A stretch of DNA of 63,028 nt, filler included, from Collodictyon triciliatum (Eukaryota): assembly GCA_043381765.1 (NCBI GenBank). It is 55 parts of 55 records of this genome, joined end to end, with 100 filler letters (N's around TTAATTAATTAA, not from the genome) between each part and the next. Parts side by side here need not be neighbours in the genome. Positions count along the whole stretch, not along the records: positions 10,367 to 11,417 come from JBHJMP010012519.1; positions 11,518 to 12,568 come from JBHJMP010012520.1; positions 12,669 to 13,719 come from JBHJMP010012521.1; positions 13,820 to 14,870 come from JBHJMP010012522.1; positions 14,971 to 16,020 come from JBHJMP010012523.1; positions 16,121 to 17,170 come from JBHJMP010012524.1; positions 17,271 to 18,320 come from JBHJMP010012525.1; positions 18,421 to 19,471 come from JBHJMP010012526.1; 47 more parts are not named here. The stretch is one strand, 5' to 3'. Within the stretch, counting starts at the first letter, position 1. Every line of letters begins with the position of its first letter. A program made the position numbers and the translations under genes. A model generated the notes under the pieces. The model saw only the letters and a program-made list of their open reading frames with translations, was not told the DNA's origin and made no database searches. Shown piece after piece: positions 11,183-24,020 of the stretch.

Positions 11183-11964
11183 CTATGTATATATTATCAT
11201 TATATATCTAGTCCTGTAGCGTGTAATTTGGATTGACGCATTAAAAATGATAATAAATACTATTATCCAGAAATAGAAATTAATTGGTTAAATTCTCTGA
11301 AAATTCGGCTCTGCACAACGACATATGTCATCATAGCTTCGCTTGGCGCGGCTGTGTTTTTCTCTGTGATGGTTGATTTATTTTTATCATCAACAGGATG
11401 GCTTATTGAAGAGGCATNNNNNNNNNNNNNNNNNNNNNNNNNNNNNNNNNNNNNNNNNNNNTTAATTAATTAANNNNNNNNNNNNNNNNNNNNNNNNNNN
11501 NNNNNNNNNNNNNNNNNAAACAAAAAAACAAAAAAACAAAAAAAACAAAAAAACAAAAAAACAAAAAAACAAAAAAACAAAAAAACAAAAAAACAAAAAA
11601 AAACAAAAAAAAACAAAAACAAATACCAATCCGTCCCGCAACCAAAGAAAAAAAACCCACTTATTTTAGATTTTAAACAGATAACAAAACGAGTGATAGA
11701 GCAGCAAGCTCAATGGAAAGATGGCAAAGCGCGGGTAAAGTGGCTGCTGGTGTGAGCGAGCCTCTGCGTTCTCCGCCGAAAGAGACACCAACCCTGTGAA
11801 CTTTTCCTGATCGCCACTGAACGTATTATGTCCTCTTCTTAAGGGCAACAGAACAGACTAATAATTATATTAATTGATTATATGTCTTTACAACAAATAT
11901 GTGATAGTTCTGTGGAGACGAACTATAGTATTAAGAGTATAAGAGGGTAATTCATAATTTCCAG

Positions 11965-12016
11965 ATGTATCAAGATAACTTTTCCTTTATTCCAATCGAA
12001 GATGCTTCAGGACAAT
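11965..12016 (-). mobile_element. Decayed copy of the 27-nt micro-retroposon with degenerate TSD
   Basis: tttt-cctttattccaatcgaag has 3 mismatches to the 18-nt body. It is flanked by atgtatcaagataac and atgcttcaggacaat (10/15 identical). Confidence 0.5.
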
Positions 12017-12668
12017 TAATTATACTCATTGTATTAAAAATATAGTTACTGTGACAAAAATTTTATTACTTGGAAATAAATTAAACAATATAAACGGTTT
12101 ATACTATAATTTCCACAAATAAATAGCTGATGAGTGGCTTTTATGTTCCTTTCACTTTTGTTTCCGTGCGGCTCGCTGTCCAGTCATGATCGTCGCAAAG
12201 TTACGCTCAGTCACAAATCCCCGTAAAGACCAGCGACGCAGCTACAAGAATGCAGATGCTCTCTTCTTTTCTTCAAGGGAGCCATTCAAACAGTTCCAAT
12301 CTTAAGAGATATGTGCTGCAAAGTAACAACCGCGGTGCACAAACGAACGAGGGCCTTTTGTTTCTTTTCTCGACAGCACAGGCCAATGCGTACCACGACA
12401 TATCATTCTTAAGCGTTCATTCTTGCTCTTTATCTATGCCTTTAACTAAGATCTTTGAGAGGGATGGCCTCAACATCTTGCTCTTTTCGGAGTTCTCAAC
12501 CAAGTCCTGATCTATTACAGTAGAGGAGTTATCTTACCAAAAAAAACCAAAAAAAAAAAAAAAAACAANNNNNNNNNNNNNNNNNNNNNNNNNNNNNNNN
12601 NNNNNNNNNNNNTTAATTAATTAANNNNNNNNNNNNNNNNNNNNNNNNNNNNNNNNNNNNNNNNNNNN

Positions 12669-13719
12669 TTGTAGACAACATGCCCGAACTTGGCTTTGAC
12701 TTTCCCTTTGAGCTCCTCCTGCCTCTTACGCTAAAAAAAAATACATTATTATATATGTCAAAAAAATCAAAAAATCAAATAAACGTAACATAATTACTCG
12801 AAAACGAAACCATAAGTTTAAATCAATTCTTTACCGCCTCTTCGCTTTCAGCTTGCAACAGCTTTCTTTCTTCCTCACTCTTGGCATGTTGGACAGCATA
12901 GTGCTCATCGCGGAGGTAAAAGAAGGCGCGGCTGCACGCTGGTTTGTCAATCAGACAAGCGTACTGAATCTGGATAAAAATATAATTTAGAGAATGATTT
13001 GTTTAATTTCTCTATTGTAATTACTCATAAAGAGATATAGAATAAAATTTAGAATTGACTTCACCTCGTATTCAGTCACACTCAGCCCAGGCATTCCGTC
13101 GATGAATGGGAAGCGGCTGTTGGTTTCACTGCGCCATTCCACCCAGACATCCTTTATGGTGGCATCAGGCTTGGTATTCAGCAGCTCCTCAAGGCGGGCT
13201 TGTTTGTTCAGCTCCGTTTTGTTCTGGTCAGGAATCCAGCCGTAACGCGCACCGAGGGAGCACACAAAGTATGGGCATTTTCTGATTGAATCCAAACAGC
13301 GAATCACAACCTTTGAAAGCAACGGGAGAAAATTGAAGTTTATTATTTTATAAAATGCAGTATATTCTAAAAATTTTCAAAAAATAATGTTAATACTGTG
13401 ATTACCCATCCCTCGCTACTGTCCACAGAAGTCAGTCCCCAGCGCAAATCGATAAAGACAAGGTCCACTCCCAATGATTTCGCAAGTCTCTTCAATCTGG
13501 CATAAAATTTATATTGTTAGGAGAATAAAAACATCAAATTATCATTCCTTATTATAGATTTATTTTATTAATGTATGTATTAAACCAACTTAGGGGCTCC
13601 ATTCTTGAAAAATTCGTCTCTTTCTTGCTGCATGTCACGGAAAGTCGAGGAAAGGAAAACACGGATGACACGCTCGTCAAAGACAATGAGCGGCAATGGT
13701 GTTGGTGTCACATATCTTT
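12669..13719 (-). CDS. DUF4062-domain protein (NPHP3/TEP1/NACHT-TPR-like N-terminus), multi-exon fragment
   Basis: Exons read IRVFLSSTFRDMQQERD / LVFIDLRWGLT / VVIRCLDSIRKCPYFVCSLGARYGWIP..SVTEYE / IQYA..RAFFYLRD, the canonical motif series. Confidence 0.9.
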
Positions 13720-13820
13720 NNNNNNNNNNNNNNNNNNNNNNNNNNNNNNNNNNNNNNNNNNNNTTAATTAATTAANNNNNNNNNNNNNNNNNNNNNNNNN
13801 NNNNNNNNNNNNNNNNNNNC

Positions 13821-14870
13821 GAGTGGTTTTTAAAAGCTGAAAACTTTGAAAAACTGAAGCAACTCGCACAACAAGGCTCAAAGGAGGCTCTCAATGTTTT
13901 GAAAGAAATGGCTGATATGAAAGAATATGGAAGATACAAATATCCAAAAGCTGTTTCTATTATTGCTGAATGCTATGAGAATGGATGGAGTGTTGAGAAG
14001 GACACTATACTGTCTCTTAAATGGGAAATATTTGGTGGAAAGACTGAAAACTTAGAAAAACTGAAGCAACTCGCACAACAAGGCTCAAAGGAGGCATTCA
14101 ATGTTTTGAAAGAAATGGCTGATATGAAAGAATATGGAAGATACAAATATTCAAAAGCTGTTTCTATTATTGCTGAATGCTATGAGAATGGATGGGGTGT
14201 TGAGAAGGACACCGAGAGAGCTATAGAGTGGCTTGGAAAAGCTGAAAACTTTGACAAACTGAAAGAATTAGCAAAACAAGGCTCAAAGGAGGCATTCAAT
14301 GTTCTGGAAGATATGGCCGAAATGAAGTTATATGGGAGATATATATATCCACAGGCTGTTTCTATAGTTGCTGAATGCTATGAGAAGGACACTATACTGT
14401 CTCTTAAATGGGAAATATTTGGTGGAAAGACTGAAAATTTTGATAAACTGAAGGAACTCGCACAACAAGGCTTAAAAAAGGCATTCAATGTTTTGAAAGA
14501 TATGGCCGAAATGAAGTTATATGGGAGATATATATATCCACAGGCTGTTTCTATTGTTGCTGAATGCTATGAGAATGGATGGGGTGTTGAAAAGGACACT
14601 GTATCATCTCTTAAATGGAAAATATTCAGTGGAAAAGCTGAAAACTTTGACAAATTGAAGCAACTCGCACAAAAAAATGCAAACCCATGTGAGTCAACTA
14701 ATCTCCCAGGTGAAACTCATGCGAATGCCTCCGAGCTTGCCAAAGCCATATCTGAGCAACGAGACCGACAGTATGGAAATAATGCCGATAAAAAAAGAGC
14801 TCTTCGCATAATCAAGCTATTCATGAAGGAACAAACCGCTTGGGATGAGAGCTTGGATGAACTCACTGCA
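13821..14870 (+). CDS. Sel1-like repeat protein fragment, about four near-identical 65-69 aa units, open at both ends
   Basis: Repeated A...IAECYENGWGVEKD...A.EW..KA and LAQQGSKEA motifs. No introns in 1050 nt. Confidence 0.85.
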
Positions 14871-14970
14871 NNNNNNNNNNNNNNNNNNNNNNNNNNNNNN
14901 NNNNNNNNNNNNNNTTAATTAATTAANNNNNNNNNNNNNNNNNNNNNNNNNNNNNNNNNNNNNNNNNNNN

Positions 14971-15500
14971 CAGGATAGCACTGCGGTCGGACAGCGCAGA
15001 ATAGACTGTTTTAAGTTTCTTGAACCACGCATGCAAGTCCCTTGAGCAGAGGAAGCGATCGATTCTGCTCCACGTGAAGCCGCTTTTAGTATTTCTTCTA
15101 CACGTTGCTCCTAGAGAGTGAGGATTGAGCGTTTTTCAAGGGTCTTTCAGTTTGTGCCTGATTGTCCAGTCGACGAAAGGTTTGTCCTTGCGTGTCGAAG
15201 ACCCAGACCACTCGGTGCTGGCATCAATAAGAGCGTTGAAGTCTCCACAGATGATTATACGTTTCGCAGACTCCATCTCCTTGGAGATAAGCTCATACCC
15301 GTGTATTCTAGTGTTTGAACCTGATTTTTGGAGCGACATGTATGTCGTCATTTGTAAGGGGACGTCCTTTTATTCTGCCATAGGCTTGCTTTATGATTCT
15401 CAATCTATTAACGAGTCGACGGACTCGTTAAATATCCCCTGGACAAAGGGTTCAGGGGAGGTTTCTGAGAACGTTCCTGGAGCGTTCCACGGTGGTTCTT
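14971..15500 (-). mobile_element. Decayed APE endonuclease domain of a non-LTR retrotransposon
   Basis: Minus strand has IIICGDFNA, SRIDRFLC and LSDRSAIL (SDH motif) in the right order, with stops and frameshifts. Confidence 0.8.
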
Positions 15501-18500
15501 TGGACTGATTCTAAGAACATACTTGGAGAATTCCGAGATGGGTCTTAGAATCAGATCAGAGGTTCCAAGGACGCACTTGGATGTCCACTTGTTACATAAA
15601 CTCTCACTTCACGATTCTACGTTGATAGAAGCCTTTAGCCTCTATTCCTTTTCTGTGTGCAAAATTTACCAGTAGTATACTTTAAAAATCGTCGTATCAA
15701 ATAAACGTCATTAAGAATTCCAAAGAATAAATTCAGAGACTTTTAATGAAAAAATTTGAAATAGGTTCACTTATATTCTTCCTTTCAATTTTGTGCAAGT
15801 TGGTGGGAGTGCAATAAAAATATTAATAATTTATCTCCTATGATGGTATAAATTCCATCATCTTGTTCACATAGCTCATGACTTTGGGAATATCATAGAA
15901 TCTTCTGTCTCTTTAAACGCCATGTACGGAAACTGTAGTTTCCGTGCCATAACAGCATAGCAGTCAACAATACCTGGTGGTCTCTTTGGATTCATTGGTG
16001 TGACATCATGTATTTCTACTNNNNNNNNNNNNNNNNNNNNNNNNNNNNNNNNNNNNNNNNNNNNTTAATTAATTAANNNNNNNNNNNNNNNNNNNNNNNN
16101 NNNNNNNNNNNNNNNNNNNNTTTTTTTCTTTTTTTCTTTTTTTCTTTTTTTCTTTATCCTGCGACTGGATCTGACTCGACAGTTTTGATTATGCTGCGAA
16201 TTGGTTTGGAGCTGTTGGCCTGAATCCCGCATTTGGTATGAGTAGACAAACAGAAAATCAGTCTATCTTGTTCTGGAATTTACCTTTTCGCTTTCTATGT
16301 GAAGCGGCTGCTCAACTTTGCCACTCATCCCAGATTCCTTTTGACGTCTTTCTCATTATTATTTGATTTTTTATTATTACTATTAGTATTATTGCTAGTA
16401 TTTGTATAAGTATTCGTATTATTATTATTATTGTTATGATTATGATGATGATTACGATGATTATGATGATTATTTGATTTACTATTCGATATATTATTTC
16501 AAAACTAATTATTTTGTTCTTTTTGTATTCTCTCTGTATTCTTTTCTTGTTTGTTCTTTAATACTTGATTATTTATTTTTTGTTCCTTGGGTAGTTGTGC
16601 GGCTGAGGCTCAAATTATCGATGCTCGCGCACCCACGCCGGATGGCAATCATAGCCGAAGCAGGCTGCCTTTAGTCCTGTTGGGACTGGAGCTCGTTCTG
16701 GATATTGATGAGGTCTTGAATTTGGCGCACATTGCCAGAGGATATGAGCCAATCCTATGCAAAAAGAGGCATTTGTAAGGAGAAAAACATCGGCTTTGCC
16801 ACGATACCAAGGATGTGTAGGCAAAACATCGCTACATATGTTCTTTTCCAAGCAGGAGTAGGGTATCGCCAGATCCAAATTGGAATAATGGGCTGAATAG
16901 TGGAGTATCATCGCAATACCTGGAATTGTGTTTCTATGATTCCTTGAAGTCTGCTCTGCGCCCCAGGATCTAGACTAGACTCCTTCAACAGATTTTTGAC
17001 CGATGCGACTGGTATTCACACATCCAGTATCCACATTTGTTATGTAATCGAGGCAATATATGGCAAAATAACAGAGGGTTTGTGTGGTATACATGTTTAC
17101 ATTTAATTGTACTCCAATCACTGTCTTCAGAGTCTCTTCATAGAGCGGGGGGGGGGGGGGGGGGGGGGGGNNNNNNNNNNNNNNNNNNNNNNNNNNNNNN
17201 NNNNNNNNNNNNNNTTAATTAATTAANNNNNNNNNNNNNNNNNNNNNNNNNNNNNNNNNNNNNNNNNNNNTTGTTATTGTTATTGTTATTGTTATTGTTT
17301 TTGTTATTGTTTTTGTTATTGTTTTTGTTATTGTTTTTGTTATTGTTTTTGTTATTGTTTTTGTTATTGTTTTTGTTATTGTTTTTGTTATTGTTTTTGT
17401 TATTGTTATTGTTTTTGTTATTGTTATTGTTTTTGTTATTGTTTTTGTTATTGTTATTGTTTTTGTTATTGTTATTGTTTTTGTTATTGTTATTGTTTTT
17501 GTTATTGTTATTGTTTTTGTTATTGTTTTTGTTATTGTTTTTGTTATTGTTATGTTATTGTTATGTTATTGTTATGTTATTGTTATTGTTATTGTTATTG
17601 TTATTGTTATTGTTATTGTTATTGTTATTGTTATTGTTATTGTTCGATGGTGACGATGAATGGATAAATGAAATACATGTGTTAGGGCATATTATTCTGA
17701 TAAAATTCACGCTTTATTGTTATTAGCACTCAAGTCTTATCTGAATTCAATAGCATCGCCTAAAATCTATGAAAATGGAGAACCACTCCAGACCACTTCA
17801 GGGTCAGGATAGTGTCCGCATATTTTCTAACAATACCCGCGGTCTGTCCTATTCCCTTCCTGTTCTTGGAGGAATCGACGAGGTTGTCATTAATCCTTCT
17901 TCTTTTTTATTTGTGTGTATATTTCACAAGTTTTAATGGACAAATGTTCCGAGTATTCGCTGAGATTATGTTCTTTTCATATCATATTACCAGTTTGAAA
18001 TGAGTATGATATTACCCACCAAAGAGAGAGAATCAATCGAGAATCACGAAGAAATAGATGCCGAAGACCCTACGTTTCGAATTTACACATGGATAATGAG
18101 GTACATACTTTCAGAACGATGCTAAAAATTTTCCATACACTACATATATATTTGATTGAATATGTGCGCTCCTTTACAGATTATTTTGTAGACCTTGAAT
18201 GATGGAAGGATTTACTTTACTTTTACTTTTACTTTTACTTTTACTTTTACTTTTACTTTTACTTTTACTTTTACTTTTACTTTTACTTTTACTTTTACTT
18301 TTACTTTTACTTTTACTTTTNNNNNNNNNNNNNNNNNNNNNNNNNNNNNNNNNNNNNNNNNNNNTTAATTAATTAANNNNNNNNNNNNNNNNNNNNNNNN
18401 NNNNNNNNNNNNNNNNNNNNAGAAAAAGGAAAGAATAAAAATAAGAAAGGAAAAGAAAGATAAAAATGAGAAATAGGGGTTGAAATAAAAAAGAGAAGAA

Positions 18501-18526
18501 AGATATGTGTTTTTTTTTTCTTTTTC

Positions 18527-18615
<89 letters not shown>

Positions 18616-20721
18616 AAAAGGAAAGAATAAAAATAAGAAAGGAAAAGAAAGATAAAAATGAGAAATAGGGGTTGAAATAAAAAAGAGAAGAAAGATATGT
18701 GTTTTTTTTTTCTTTTTCTTTTTTAAAAAAAAACACAGGGAATGGCGAATAATCAGACAGGAGGAAAGAACAAAGGATTTTTCAATATTTCGATGAGAAA
18801 CGCCGCCCTCTTCTTCGAAGTGGATTCTCCGTACCGGGAGGAAGTGGGAGAGAAAGACGAGCGAATCATCACATTTCCAAAGACCGTGGCTGCGCGTGGT
18901 TATCATGGTGTGTAAATATCGATGGATTCATTCGCATGATGATTGGGTTTGGCCGACATATTAGTTTGATTGAAAATGATCATATTCTTATTAATACATA
19001 CACTAATTTGTTCATCTAGTTATTTCCTCATCAATAAATAAAAAATAAATCAATAAAAAAAATTAATAAAAAAATTAATAAAAAATCAATAAAAAAATCA
19101 ATAAAAAATTAATAAATAAATTAATAAATTAATAAATTAATTAATAAATAAAAAATAAAAATAAACAAATAATAAACAAATAATAAACAAAAAATCAATA
19201 AAAATCAATAAAAATCAATAAAAAATCAATAAAAAATCAATAAAAAATCAATAAAAAAATCAATAAAAAAATCAATAAAAAATCAATAAAAAAATCAATA
19301 AAAAATAAAAAATAAATAAAAAATAAATAAAAAATAAATAAAAATAAATAAAAATAAACAAACAATAAACAAACAATAAACAAACAATAAACAAACAATA
19401 AACAAACAATAAACAAACAATAAACAAACAATAAACAAACAATAAACAAACAATAAACAAACAATAAACAANNNNNNNNNNNNNNNNNNNNNNNNNNNNN
19501 NNNNNNNNNNNNNNNTTAATTAATTAANNNNNNNNNNNNNNNNNNNNNNNNNNNNNNNNNNNNNNNNNNNNGAATGTTTCGACAAGCATTTGCTGGGTAT
19601 GGAGAGAGGCTTCCTTTCGGTCGGGGTGGCTGGGCAGGTAAGGAAGGCGGGCAAAAAGTTGTCCTTCTGAGGAGCTGAATACACAAGGAGTTCGTGAGAG
19701 GGGTGTATGTTTTTTTCTTGATAAATATTTTATTTTATTTTCCTTGTTTTTTTTTCTCGATAAATATGTGTATAAGCAGTCGGTGCTATGGGCGTGTGTG
19801 CTTAGCGAGTTAATTGCAGGTTAGGCTGGCTTGGCATGAGATTTTCTTGTTTCTGTTTGTTGGCGGTTTGTGGGGCTCTGCTTGTGAAGTTGCGACTGGC
19901 GTTTATGAAGCCAGCGTTAGGTGATCACAACACACACACGTCAATGCTGCTGGGATGAACGGATCTGCTGCTCCAGCTTTATTCGCGCACCCGACTGTTG
20001 AAAACATGGACTTGTGGGTTTTCTTGTTCAGGTGAATCGACTTTAGATTGTGGTGCATTTCGTTCTACGGAACGCACCTGCGTGGAACAATCGTTTTAAT
20101 CACGTTTCTTAGAATGTTCATGTATGTGCAGAATAATACACAATTTTTGATAAATAAATGAGGCTTTTCAATTAGTATGATTAAATATGGGTTGGATTGA
20201 ATATTATTTATATGTGGAATTTATATAAGAATTTAATTTATACCGCAATAGTAACCTGGTTAAGCAACATAGATACTAATAATAGTGATATTAACACTTT
20301 TAACACATATATAGGGATTACGAAGCTTTATACCGCCGTGCCCTCGAAAGATTGAGACTTTGTGATTGCCCTGATACACACCACCTTTTCTCATGTCCGC
20401 ATTAAGTGCGATGGCATTTCCACCAAACACCAGGGAGTAACTAAGAACCACTTAAAAATTAATGGATAATTGTCGGCAAAACTAATGCACAGCAAATTTC
20501 TTCAGCTTCTTTTTCCCCTTGATTAATGGGTGATGTTTTTATTTTATTCTATTTAATTAGTGTGCACGACCACCGATAATACCAGTGCCGTGTGCGGCTA
20601 TTGTTCCAAAAACTCTTCGACNNNNNNNNNNNNNNNNNNNNNNNNNNNNNNNNNNNNNNNNNNNNTTAATTAATTAANNNNNNNNNNNNNNNNNNNNNNN
20701 NNNNNNNNNNNNNNNNNNNNN

Positions 20722-20786
<65 letters not shown>

Positions 20787-22148
20787 CTTTTTTTTCTTTT
20801 TTTTCTTTTTTTTCTTTTTTGATTTCCGTTGCATTATGTTGTGACAGAATAAGAAAATAATGAAGTACTATTCGCAGTCTGGCGACACCTTGGTATCTGT
20901 TGATGCCCAAGCGAGAACAGATTCTTCGAGATGCCGTCGGGCTCATTTAACGTCCGCCCTCGTCTGCCAAACCAATGCGGGACTCAACAGGAAACCCGGC
21001 TGGGTTCGGCTGGCCTGGTGTAATATATACCGTACCCTTCCCTGCGGAGATCTGCAAACCTCAACCCGACGTCATTTTGCCCAAAATTTCAACACCATCT
21101 CCAAACCCCTGTCGCGAACCTGGCAAAGCTGAGGGAAGTGGATGCGGCTTTCTCAAACCCGACCGAATGACTGAATACGACGAAATAACACAAGACTGTT
21201 TCAGTTTGTCCTCACTTCTTTGTCTTTTTTCTTTTGTCTTTTGTCTTTTGTCTTTTGTCTTTTGTCTTTTAGAAAGGATAGACCAGCAGCAATCCTTTAA
21301 GCAAAGTACCCCTTTCGAGTGGATCGGCAGGTGGATCTGGGCAGATGGACACTACCTTTGTTTGTCAGTTAAAACAGTTTGCTGTTCGTGACGACTCAAA
21401 CGGCTTAGCGGAAGCACTTCACCGTTTTAAAGTAACAAAAGGTTGGGAAACGAATGCCTAGGAGAAATATAGACTTTGCCTCATAATGCTTCCTTGATAC
21501 TCGTTTTCTTTATATGGCCTGCTTTTATTATTATTATTCTTATTATTATTATTCTTGTTATTGTTATTCTTGTTATTGTTATTCTTGTTATTGTTATTCT
21601 TGTTATTGTTATTGTTATTGTTATTATTATTGTTATTATTATTGTTATTATTATTGTTATTATTATTGTTATTATTATTATTATTATTATTGTTATTATT
21701 ATTGTTATTATTATTGTTATTATTATTGTTATTATTATTGTTATTATTATTGTTATTATTATTGTTATTANNNNNNNNNNNNNNNNNNNNNNNNNNNNNN
21801 NNNNNNNNNNNNNNTTAATTAATTAANNNNNNNNNNNNNNNNNNNNNNNNNNNNNNNNNNNNNNNNNNNNTTTGTTTTTTTTGTTTTTTGTTTTTTGTTT
21901 TTTGTTTTTTGTTTTTTGTTTTTTGTTTTTTGTTTTTTTGTTTTTAGTTTTTTGTTGGCTTTATGGTGCATTTTCTTTTTGATAAACATAGACAAGTACA
22001 AATCATGAGACGAAAAAGGAATCGAATAGCTGAATAGAAAACACGAAAAATATTTCTGTTTAAATAAAAAAAAAAAGTGAAATAGCTAGGCGCAGATTAT
22101 GATGAGGGTGTGTGTGCATCTCTGTATCTCAAGCATTTTATCAAAACC

Positions 22149-22705
22149 TGATGAACAGAACTGAATCAAGAAAGGCCATCCTGGCAGAAAAGCATACAAG
22201 TGTTCTGATGTATATCCCATCTCTGCGATGTGTATGAACAACATTGCATCCCACTTGATAAATGGCTTCACAAGCACCTTGTTATAGAGTTGACATATAT
22301 CGTGAACAGTGGACTTATACTCAACAAATATATAAACATGTGTGAGACTGTGAAAGGAAAGAGACAAAAACAAAGGAAAGAACGAAAGAACGAAAGAACG
22401 AAAGAGGAAGTATCAGTCGTCTTTTCTTGTACAGTTTGATTGTATTTGCAGGTACGGCAGACCAGTACCTGCGCGAAAGACTCTGAATTATGCAATCCTT
22501 CCTCAAATAAGAGATCGCTGCTTCGATCAAAGTCGGGGAGGGAATGGTCGGAAAACACAGCAACACATAATAGAAACACTCTCGAGAAAACCATCCAAAA
22601 AGCCACAGTGCCGAAGCCTCCAATCTGAGACGACCCCGTCGTAGAAAGCGAACTTATGGCGAAGGGATATGCACGGAACTCTGTCGCAGTGCTACCTGAA
22701 CTCAT
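22149..22705 (-). CDS. PIGV: GPI mannosyltransferase 2 (PIG-V/GPI18), first two exons
   Basis: FSRVFLLCVAVFSDHSLPDFDRS, then an intron, then KWDAMLFIHIAEMGYTSEHLYAFLPGWP (WD..F..IA..GY..E...AF.P..P signature). Confidence 0.88.
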
Positions 22706-22824
22706 GCTATGCTTACAGACTGTTTTTTCTGGCACGGACAAAAGTTCTTGTTTGTAGTTGCTGTTTGTTCACTGGGAGGTTCTATGTGTAATTGTATAAA
22801 GCCATAAATACTGGGTGGAGTTTA

Positions 22825-22919
<95 letters not shown>

Positions 22920-23019
22920 NNNNNNNNNNNNNNNNNNNNNNNNNNNNNNNNNNNNNNNNNNNNTTAATTAATTAANNNNNNNNNNNNNNNNNNNNNNNNN
23001 NNNNNNNNNNNNNNNNNNN

Positions 23020-24020
23020 AGACCTACAAAGGCTGTGCGTTATGCCGGACTGCGACGAAGTCTGCCTCACACAAGACCTACAAAGGCTGTGCGTTATGCC
23101 GAACGTCGACGAAGTCTGCTTCACGCAAGACCCACAAAGGATCTCCACTATGCTGAACGTCGACGAAGTCTGCCTCACACAAGACCCGCAAAGGCCCTCT
23201 ACTATGCCGAACGTCGACGAAGTCTGCCTCGCACAAGACCCGCAAAGGATCTCCACTATGCCGGACTGCGACGAAGTCTGCTTCATACAAGACCTACAAA
23301 GGCTGTGCGTTATGCCGAACGTCGACGAAGTCTGCTTCACGCAAGACCCGCAAAGGATCTCCACTATGCCGAACGTCGACGAAGTCTGCTCCACGCAAGA
23401 CCCACAAAGGCTGTGCGTTATGCCGGACTGCGACGAAGTCTGCTCCACACAAGACCCGCAAAGGCTGTGCGTTATGCCGGACATCGACGACGTCTGCTTC
23501 ACACAAGACCCGCAAAGGATCTCCACTATGCCGAACGTCGACGAAGTCTGCCTCACACAAGACCCACAAAGGATCTCCACTATGCCGAACGTCGACGCAG
23601 TCTGCTTCACACAAGACCCACAAAGGCTCTGCACTATGCCGGACGTCGACGAAGTCTGCTTCACACAAGACCCACGAAGGCTCTCCACTATGCCGGACTG
23701 CGACGAAATCTGCTTCACGCAAGACCCACGAAGGCTGTGCGTTATGCCGGACATCGACGACGTCTGCTTCACACAAGACCCGCAAAGGATCTCCACTATG
23801 CCGGAAGACGACGCAGTCTGCTCCACGCAAGACCCACAAAGGATCTCCACTATGCCGAACGTCGACGAAGTCTGCCTCACACAAGACCCGCAAAGGCTCC
23901 ACTATGCCGGACGTCGACGAAGTCTGCTTCACACGAGACCCGCAAAGGATGTGCACTATGCCGAACGTCGACGAAGTCTGCTTCACACACGAAGACTGCA
24001 AAGGCTCTCCACTATGTCGA
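23020..24020. repeat. 54-bp tandem minisatellite, about 18 copies, open in several frames
   Basis: Unit actatgccgaacgtcgacgaagtctgcttcacacaagacccgcaaaggatctcc (MPNVDEVCFTQDPQRIST on +; CVKQTSSTFGIVEILCGS on -). Units degrade toward the right edge. Confidence 0.95.

Noticed and set aside
17271-17726. Long low-complexity ORFs in the supplied track (poly-L, F, K, I, Y, VC and similar, throughout the window)
   Set aside because: They are translations of microsatellites and N runs.
18421-18735. Exact ~115-bp direct repeat around a long poly(A)
   Set aside because: It is at a contig edge next to a homopolymer, most likely an assembly loop, and is too long for a TSD.
23020-24020. CRISPR array
   Set aside because: There are no unique spacers; the whole 54-bp unit repeats, the context is eukaryotic, and no cas genes are present.
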